32,000 nt of DNA from Trichlorobacter lovleyi SZ (GTDB lineage: Bacteria > Desulfobacterota > Desulfuromonadia > Geobacterales > Pseudopelobacteraceae), in contig NC_010814.1 in assembly GCF_000020385.1 (NCBI RefSeq), positions 3,210,001 through 3,242,000 on the forward strand, in the 5' to 3' direction. The notes under the pieces are model-generated. The model did no database searches. It had not been told where the DNA came from and saw only the letters and a program-made list of their open reading frames with translations. Positions 26,547 through 32,000 of this stretch are shown here, in pieces. Both the position numbers and the translations under genes were made by a program. Numbering within the stretch: position 1 is the first letter of the stretch; every line of letters begins with the position of its first letter.

Positions 26547-26562
26547 AGCAAATAACGCGCCA
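26547..26562 (-). promoter_or_regulatory. Sigma-54 (-24/-12) promoter for gltB-gltD
   Basis: The minus strand reads TGGCGCG-TTAT-TTGCT against the consensus TGGCACG-N4-TTGCW. The GG/GC spacing is correct and there is one mismatch. It lies about 62 nt upstream of the gltB ATG. Confidence 0.65.
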
Positions 26563-26834
26563 ATCCCGGACAACAAAACCGCAAACAACACAATACCACG
26601 CACAACATACTGTTATTTGATCTATTTTAAACATCACCAAGTAGCTGGCAGCAGCTGGCCGGGCACATGACTACAAAAGCGGCAGCCGTAAAAACTCAAA
26701 CAATTCAACTGACTAGGACTGTAATCACAAACCGGCCCGGCCGACTGCCCCCGCGCCACTCTACACACAAGAGTTATTTACCTACTCAACATTTTACACT
26801 GTCATCCGCACGCCACCCCACGGAAACAGATCCG

Positions 26835-27317
26835 TTACACAACCTGCACCACCGTAAAGGCCGCAGTCAGTGCATGTTCCTCAGCCTGCAGTTCATCGCC
26901 GACCTGTTTACCCAACAGACTGCGTCCCAGCGGAGAACCGGGGGTAATCACCACAATCTCACCATCTGCAACGGGAATCTTCATGCCGCCGCCATAGGGA
27001 CCAAGGAACAGTCTACGCTGATTTCCCTCTTCATCCTCCAGAGTCACCAGTGCAGTCAGGCGGATCGGGCTGTCATCATTAAAATCCTGCAGCACCAGAT
27101 TACGATACCCTTCCAGCGCCACCCGTATCTCCTGGGCACGGTTGGCCTGCCCCTGGGCAATATAGGAGGCCTCCAGCGCCGTGGTGTCATACTTGTTATC
27201 CGGGGCGCATTCTTCGTGGGTGGCCGCCTCGTGGGCCGCCTTTGCCGCAGCAAAAAACAGCGCCAGGTCAGCCTCAAGAGAATTGATGATGGTTGCAAGC
27301 AGTTCGATCTTAGTCAT
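26835..27317 (-). CDS. GreA/GreB-family (Rnk-like) transcription factor
   Basis: 160 aa. The N-terminal helical hairpin has an acidic loop (HEECAPDNKYDTTALE). The C-terminal Gre-type domain motif is ITPGSPLGRSLLGKQVGDEL. Confidence 0.75.
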   Translation of the reverse strand: MTKIELLATIINSLEADLALFFAAAKAAHEAATHEECAPDNKYDTTALEASYIAQGQANRAQEIRVALEGYRNLVLQDFNDDSPIRLTALVTLEDEEGNQRRLFLGPYGGGMKIPVADGEIVVITPGSPLGRSLLGKQVGDELQAEEHALTAAFTVVQVV

Positions 27318-27348
27318 AGTAACAAGTACTTCCAGCAGACAGGATTAT

Positions 27349-28107
27349 TCAGGCAAGCTTACCTACGGGCGAAAGATAGACAACCAACTCGTCATCGCCA
27401 TCTACGCCAACCAGTTCGTCAACCAGATCCTGATCATAGGCGGCAATGGCACAGGTACCACACCCGATTGCCCCACAGGCCAGGTAGAGGTTCTGACAGA
27501 CATGCCCTGCATCCAGGGCAATCACCTTGGCTGATGCCTCAGCATAGCGCCATTCGGTGCGAGCCGGGATAGCGCTCCAGATAAAAGTTACCGCTGCCTG
27601 ACCGGCAAAGCGCTGCCCCCGCGTTGCCGCGGTTATCTGCTGCGCCAGGTCAGCAGGGGCAGATTCAAAGATTAAGGCATGATCAAGGGGCAGATAGCGG
27701 TAGATACCGGGCGCAAGCCCCTCCACCCGCAGCACCACCAGATAGGTCTCAAAAGGATGTCGGCAACCGGCAGACGGGACTGTTCGCAACACGGCAGCCT
27801 GATGCAGTTTTTTGCGCACCCCCTGGGTACTCCAGAGCAGAAAGGCCAGTTCATCCAGCCGTAACGAGGTATTGCTGAAACGACGATGGCTTTCCCTGCC
27901 GGCAATTGCCCCAACCAGATCATAAGAGGGAATGTTCCAATCAGAACGTTCCGGCAGCCGGATCAACTCCGCGCCATCAGCAACCGGTTTCTGCACCGGC
28001 GGCGGCTCTTCTCCCTGTGATTGCGGGGTACCCCACCAATCCACCAGATCCCTGACCCGGTCGGTCAGAAACCAGCGTCCCATTTTCTTACTGAAAGCAG
28101 GCTTCAT
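27349..28107 (-). CDS. SagB/ThcOx-family dehydrogenase (nitroreductase fold)
   Basis: The family-typical pattern is RESHRRF...LDELAFLLWSTQGV...R(T)VPSAGCRHPFE(T)YLVV...GIYRY...ALDAGHVCQNLYLA. SD AGGAGG lies 8 nt upstream of ATG 28107. Confidence 0.75.
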   Translation of the reverse strand: MKPAFSKKMGRWFLTDRVRDLVDWWGTPQSQGEEPPPVQKPVADGAELIRLPERSDWNIPSYDLVGAIAGRESHRRFSNTSLRLDELAFLLWSTQGVRKKLHQAAVLRTVPSAGCRHPFETYLVVLRVEGLAPGIYRYLPLDHALIFESAPADLAQQITAATRGQRFAGQAAVTFIWSAIPARTEWRYAEASAKVIALDAGHVCQNLYLACGAIGCGTCAIAAYDQDLVDELVGVDGDDELVVYLSPVGKLA

Positions 28108-28137
28108 ACGCAGCGCCTCCTGTCATCAATCCATCCA

Positions 28138-29124
28138 TTACAAAAGCTCCAGAGGCGGTTCATCAAGCGCCGCCAGCTGTTCACGCAGCTCCAGGATATG
28201 CTCACCCCAGTAGTGCATGGTGTTGAACCAGGGAAAGGCGATCGGAAAGGCCGGATCATCCCAGCGGCTGGCCAGCCAGGCACTGTAGTGCAGCATCCGC
28301 AGGGTACGCAACGGCTCGATCAAGCGCAGCTCTGCCGGATCAAAGCTATTAAACTCCTGATACCCCTCCAGCAGCGCATCAAGCTGCACCAGCTTGCGGG
28401 GGCGATCACCGGACAGCATCATCCAGAGATCCTGCACTGCCGGTGCCATCCGGCTGTCATCAAAATCAACAAAATGAGGGGCATTGTCCCGCCAGAGGAT
28501 GTTGCCGCTGTGGCAGTCTCCATGGGTGCGAATGAAACGAACCTGACCGGCATCTAACAGTGCCTTTTCAATCTTCTGCAGCAACTGGCCGGTTAAGATT
28601 GTGTAGCTCTCACGATACTCGGATGGAATAAACTGCTCACCAATCAGGGCAACACTGGCATGGCCAAAGCCGGCACAATCCAGTACCGGACGATGTTGGA
28701 ACGGCCTGACGGCACCGATCCGGTGCATCCGTCCCAGCATCCTGCCCAGAATCAGCAGGTTATCCAGATTGTCAAACTCCGGCGCATGTCCCCCCTGCTG
28801 CGGGTAGAGCGCAAATTTGAATCCGTGATACTGAAACAGGCTCTCACCGCCAGGGTTGCGCCAGGGAGCCACCACCGGCAGTTCATGCCCGGCCAGCTCA
28901 ATGCTTAGATCATGTTCCTCAATAATCTGCCGGTCTGTCCAGCGGTTGGGGCGGTAGAACTTGGCAATCAGCGGTTTGCTGTCCTCGATCCCCACCTGAT
29001 AGACCCGGTTTTCATAGCTGTTCAGGGTCAGGTTGCGGCAGTCGCAGCGAAAGCCCTGACTTTCCACGGCATCCATGACAAAGTCAGGGGTAAGTTGCTG
29101 AAACGGGTGTTTGTGTGCTGTCAT
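28138..29124 (-). CDS. srkA: Stress-response serine/threonine kinase SrkA (YihE/RdoA)
   Basis: Colinear with my recollection of E. coli SrkA: LNSYENRVYQ, KFYRPNRW, HGDCHSGNILWRD, VDFDD, DLWMMLSGD, DPAFP..FPW. The start ATG at 29124 overlaps the dbpA stop (ATGA). The track start at 29193 lies inside dbpA. Confidence 0.9.
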   Translation of the reverse strand: MTAHKHPFQQLTPDFVMDAVESQGFRCDCRNLTLNSYENRVYQVGIEDSKPLIAKFYRPNRWTDRQIIEEHDLSIELAGHELPVVAPWRNPGGESLFQYHGFKFALYPQQGGHAPEFDNLDNLLILGRMLGRMHRIGAVRPFQHRPVLDCAGFGHASVALIGEQFIPSEYRESYTILTGQLLQKIEKALLDAGQVRFIRTHGDCHSGNILWRDNAPHFVDFDDSRMAPAVQDLWMMLSGDRPRKLVQLDALLEGYQEFNSFDPAELRLIEPLRTLRMLHYSAWLASRWDDPAFPIAFPWFNTMHYWGEHILELREQLAALDEPPLELL

Positions 29125-30518
29125 GATGTACGTCCTGAGCCGATTCTGCGCACCTTGAAAAAACGCCCCTTGATCCGGTTGTTGGCCAGACATCTCAGGG
29201 CCTGTTCAACACTCTGGCCCATGATAGCCACATAGCTGTGGAAATCAAACAGATCAATCCTGCCCACCTCACTGCCGGCAATGCCACCTTCTCCGGTCAG
29301 GGCACCCAGAATATCTCCGGGACGCAGCTTGTTTTTGCGGCCGCCGTCAATACAGAGCGTAACCATGGCAGCTGCAGGCGGTCTGCCGGTTAGCGGTGCC
29401 AGTGAGGAAAACTCCTGCAGGTCAATCCTGCAAGCAAGGTCTTCTTCCATCCCCTTGATCAGACGGCTGTCCCGCCGGGAGACCAGACTGATGGCCAGCC
29501 CCTGTTCACCTGCCCGGCCGGTCCGGCCAATACGGTGGGTATGCACCTCCGGGTTGCGGGACAGCTCAAAGTTGATCACCGCTGCCAGCTCCTTGATATC
29601 CAGGCCACGGGCAGCAACATCGGTTGCCACCAGCACCGAGGCGCTCTTGTTGGAAAAACGGACCAGCACCTGATCCCGCTCCCGCTGTTCCAGATCGCCA
29701 TGGATCGCCAGTGCGGCAAAGCCGCGTTCCTTCAGGTCATCTGCCAGTTCCTGACAGTCCAGCTTGGTGTTACAGAAGACCAGGGTTGATTCAGGGCGAT
29801 ACCGGCCAAGAATGCGGGCCACCGCCTCACTGCGCTGATCCGGCTCCACCGCATAAAAGTGCTGCTCAATCGTCCCTGCTACATGGTCCTCATCCACACT
29901 GACCTCAACCGGTGTCTGCTGCATCGCGGCGCTCATATCAGCAATGCTGTCCGGGTAGGTGGCAGAGAACAGCAAGGTCTGGCGCCGGGCCGGGGCAGCG
30001 GCAATCAGGCTGCGGATATCATCCTGAAAGCCCATATCCAGCATCCGGTCCGCCTCATCCAGCACCAGGGTCTGCAGGCTGGACAGATCAAGACTGCCCC
30101 GCCGCAGGTGATCAAGCAGACGTCCGGGAGTACCCACCACCACGTGGGCACCATGCTCCAGAGAGCCCAGCTGCGGGCCAAAGGGCACTCCGCCACAGAC
30201 CGTCAAGACCCGGATGTTTTCGGTAAAGCGTGCCAGACGCCGCAGCTCTTTGGCCACTTGATCAGCCAGCTCACGGGTGGGACAGAGCACCAGCGCCTGC
30301 AGCTGCAGGGCTGTTGTATCAAGACGGCTTAGCAGCCCGATCCCGAAGGCAGCGGTCTTGCCGCTGCCGGTCTTGGCCCTGGCAATCAGATCTTTGCTGG
30401 CCAGAATCGGCGGCAGGCTGTGGGCCTGAATCGGCGTCATGGCGGCATAGCCCAGTGAGGCCAGGTTCTTCAGCATGGCCGGCTTCAGGTGTAATGATGA
30501 AAAGGCAATGGAACTCAT
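29121..30518 (-). CDS. dbpA: ATP-dependent RNA helicase DbpA (DEAD-box, with a C-terminal 23S-rRNA-binding domain)
   Basis: AKTGSGKTAAF, PTRELA, DEAD, SAT and HRIGRTGRAG motifs are present. The C-terminal DbpA-type RNA-binding domain includes LCIDGGRKNKLRPGDILGAL. Confidence 0.93.
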   Translation of the reverse strand: MSSIAFSSLHLKPAMLKNLASLGYAAMTPIQAHSLPPILASKDLIARAKTGSGKTAAFGIGLLSRLDTTALQLQALVLCPTRELADQVAKELRRLARFTENIRVLTVCGGVPFGPQLGSLEHGAHVVVGTPGRLLDHLRRGSLDLSSLQTLVLDEADRMLDMGFQDDIRSLIAAAPARRQTLLFSATYPDSIADMSAAMQQTPVEVSVDEDHVAGTIEQHFYAVEPDQRSEAVARILGRYRPESTLVFCNTKLDCQELADDLKERGFAALAIHGDLEQRERDQVLVRFSNKSASVLVATDVAARGLDIKELAAVINFELSRNPEVHTHRIGRTGRAGEQGLAISLVSRRDSRLIKGMEEDLACRIDLQEFSSLAPLTGRPPAAAMVTLCIDGGRKNKLRPGDILGALTGEGGIAGSEVGRIDLFDFHSYVAIMGQSVEQALRCLANNRIKGRFFKVRRIGSGRTS

Positions 30519-30542
30519 TGGCTACAGCTCTCATTCTGCGCC

Positions 30543-30580
30543 AAAAAAACCACAGGGAGGCTCCCTGTGGTTTTTTCAGG
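30543..30580 (-). terminator. Intrinsic terminator hairpin (conserved leader motif, copy B) between the Lys-rich micro-ORF and dbpA
   Basis: Stem CCACAGGGA (30550-30558) / TCCCTGTGG (30562-30570), flanked by an A-tract (30543-30549) and a T-tract (30571-30576). On the minus strand it is followed by TTTTTTTGG. It ends 24-31 nt before the dbpA ATG. Confidence 0.8.
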
Positions 30581-30605
30581 CATCGCTCAGACAGAGCGGT
30601 TCAGA

Positions 30606-30710
30606 TTATTTCTTGTCAGCTTTTTTGATCTTCTTTTCGGCCTTTTTCTCCTTGGGAGTCTTGGCCGGTGCCTTCTTGGTTTCTTTCTTACTATCCACAC
30701 CTTTACTCAT
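30606..30710 (-). CDS. Hypothetical 34-aa lysine-rich micro-protein, or a leader peptide
   Basis: Below the ORF-track cutoff. Manual translation gives MSKGVDSKKETKKAPAKTPKEKKAEKKIKKADKK, with 15 Lys in 34 residues. A consensus SD AGGAGG lies 7 nt upstream. The extended -10 TGGTATACT (complement of 30763-30771) lies upstream and a terminator lies 29 nt downstream. Confidence 0.55.
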   Translation of the reverse strand: MSKGVDSKKETKKAPAKTPKEKKAEKKIKKADKK

Positions 30711-30808
30711 AACGGTTCCTCCTGTCTGTTCCGGCTATTCTGGAGCAACCGGGCTATAGACAAGTATACCATCCTTCGGTGACAGCGGCGTGATTTATTC
30801 CTGCCTGA

Positions 30809-31024
30809 TCAGCGGGCAGGCTTATCCAGCAGAGGCTTCAGAAATTTGTCGTAGGTGGCCCGTTGTTTGGCAGACAGCAGATCAAGATCCCCCTCGTTAT
30901 CCAGCAGGAAGGTTCCCACCCCGATCACCGTCCTGGCCAGATAGCCGGTGCCCTCAACAGCAGCTTCAATCTCATCACCCCGCTTGCTCAACAGGTTTTT
31001 CAACAGACGCAGATCCAGTTCCAT
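30809..31024 (-). CDS. Hypothetical 71-aa protein
   Basis: The ORF has AAGGGAG 8 nt upstream. It starts 41 nt after the stop of the upstream lipoprotein gene, on the same strand. I recognise no motif. Confidence 0.5.
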   Translation of the reverse strand: MELDLRLLKNLLSKRGDEIEAAVEGTGYLARTVIGVGTFLLDNEGDLDLLSAKQRATYDKFLKPLLDKPAR

Positions 31025-31065
31025 GTACAGTGCTCCCTTACAAAATCCGTGTTTAATCGTTACCG

Positions 31066-32000
31066 CTACCTGCTCAGATACAGATCGGTACAGTATCTGA
31101 CGCCGTTTTCCTCCCGGTAGAGCTCGCCCGCCTGTACCTGACGCAGGAAATTCTGAGCCTGGCTGCTGCCGATGTCACCAATCGCCTTGAGCGGCATAAC
31201 CCGGTCATTGGCGGCAAAATAGTTAAATCTACCCTCAAGAAACGCAAACTCGTTCTGCGCTCCCAGCGTACCGATGGCACTGACCGCACAGTTATGTACA
31301 AAAGAGTCACCATGTCCGGCAAAGGTCTTCAGGGTCTCCATCGCAGCAGGATTATTGGTGCCCCCCAGATCAATCAACGGAAAGCAGGCGGTCGGGCTGT
31401 CGGCCTTGACCGTGCTGAGCGCAGCCGTTGTCAGCTTTTGCAGGTCATCGTTGCTGACCCTGTAACCGAAGAGACACTGGTTGATCTTGGAAGCCACATC
31501 CTTGACCACCACCGCCATCGGATCACTTATGCACGGCTTCTGGACCTCATCCATGGACCAGACCGGGATCTTGGAGTTGAAAAAGAAGGACGGGATCGAA
31601 CAGCTCTTGCTGCCCATGGTCACCTGCCCCAGAAAAATATTGTACGACTCCCAGGCGGAAAAACCGCTGGCACGATGATTGATCAGCTGATACTTCCTGA
31701 CCGTCAGGGTCAGATCAGCAGGCGCACCGCTCTCCTTTGCCGCGAGTTGCAGCGGCACACCGCGGGCGTTGAACTCTTTGACCAGTCCGTTGGCAATCCA
31801 GCCCACCGGGTCATTCAGGTTCTCCAGGGTCAACTCAACCCGTTGCAGCCCTGAGATACCGACCATATACTGCACGCTGTCCCGCTGATCCACCACCTGC
31901 ATGGTGATCGGCTTCCTGTCAACATTCTGATACACAAATCCGGGCGCAGGCGGGTCATCAGCCGTATACTTCAGTGAACAGCCGGTGATACCCAAAAGCG
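31066..32000 (-). CDS. Putative lipoprotein with a HEAT-like C-terminal region; the 5' end lies outside the window
   Basis: The reading frame is open to the window edge. The lipobox-like LGITGCS at the window boundary implies that the signal peptide starts upstream of base 32000. The C-terminus has repeated AxxAIGxxG-type helical motifs (AVSAIGTLG, PLKAIGDIG). Confidence 0.6.
   Translation of the reverse strand, partial: LLGITGCSLKYTADDPPAPGFVYQNVDRKPITMQVVDQRDSVQYMVGISGLQRVELTLENLNDPVGWIANGLVKEFNARGVPLQLAAKESGAPADLTLTVRKYQLINHRASGFSAWESYNIFLGQVTMGSKSCSIPSFFFNSKIPVWSMDEVQKPCISDPMAVVVKDVASKINQCLFGYRVSNDDLQKLTTAALSTVKADSPTACFPLIDLGGTNNPAAMETLKTFAGHGDSFVHNCAVSAIGTLGAQNEFAFLEGRFNYFAANDRVMPLKAIGDIGSSQAQNFLRQVQAGELYREENGVRYCTDLYLSR

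Noticed and set aside
26486-26608. A 41-codon N-terminal extension of gltB in the ORF track ([13 protein letters not shown]...).
   Set aside because: It is Cys/Leu-rich nonsense and it overlaps the sigma-54 element. The ATG at 26485 gives the expected short propeptide before the catalytic Cys and has an SD.
26667-27572. A 301-aa plus-strand ORF spanning the gltB upstream region, the Gre-family gene and part of the SagB-like gene.
   Set aside because: It is opposite two well-supported minus-strand genes. The product is rich in Arg, His, Gln and Thr, shows no motif and has no SD.
1-32000. A search by eye for CRISPR arrays, tRNA or rRNA genes, transposases, integrases, inverted terminal repeats, toxin-antitoxin pairs and known defence genes.
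   Set aside because: None was found. The intergenic gaps are short, 374 bp at most, and are accounted for by promoters and terminators. No recombinase-like or nuclease-like ORF is present. A computational scan (tRNAscan-SE, Infernal/Rfam, ISfinder, DefenseFinder) would be needed to make this definitive.

Overview
This is a gene-dense, high-GC chromosomal segment with about 30 protein-coding genes, mostly housekeeping and central-metabolism functions. The gene content fits a Geobacter/Desulfuromonadales-type deltaproteobacterium, but that is inference only because no database search was possible. Confident calls, by motif and my recollection of homologues:
- Metabolism: glutamate synthase gltB and gltD, an AarC/Ach1-type acetyl-CoA hydrolase/transferase, alanine dehydrogenase, a Zn-alcohol dehydrogenase, an AcuI/YhdH-type reductase and a PaaI thioesterase.
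- Nucleic-acid and stress functions: a YbiT-like ABC-F ATPase, a TetR regulator, CspA, DbpA, SrkA/YihE kinase, a GreA/GreB-family factor and a DTW-domain protein.
- Other: OmpW, YchJ, a TRIC/UPF0126 channel, a SagB/ThcOx-type nitroreductase-fold protein, and a B12-binding radical SAM gene that runs off the left edge and is absent from the ORF track.

I saw no rRNA, tRNA, CRISPR array, transposase, integrase or phage gene, and there is no clear island boundary.

The less ordinary content lies in and around the short intergenic regions:
1. A roughly 60-nt leader is shared by the two ribosome-associated NTPase genes, dbpA and the ABC-F gene. It has a CCTGAA block, an ACCACAGGG/CCCTGTGGT hairpin, a U-tract and a CAGAAnGAGAG block.
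2. Three micro-ORFs below the track cutoff carry good Shine-Dalgarno sites. They encode a 34-aa Lys-rich peptide upstream of dbpA, a 49-aa charge-bipolar peptide downstream of cspA and a 53-aa Met/His-rich peptide.
3. A tightly packed run of dbpA, srkA, a sagB-like gene and a greA-like gene looks like one operon.
4. A near-consensus sigma-54 promoter precedes gltB.
5. Palindromic operators lie between the tetR gene and the CoA-transferase gene.
6. A CRP/FNR-type box lies upstream of ompW.
7. A 661-aa secreted protein with no motif I can name sits next to a PilZ protein.

Start codons were chosen by eye from Shine-Dalgarno spacing and are less certain than the product calls.
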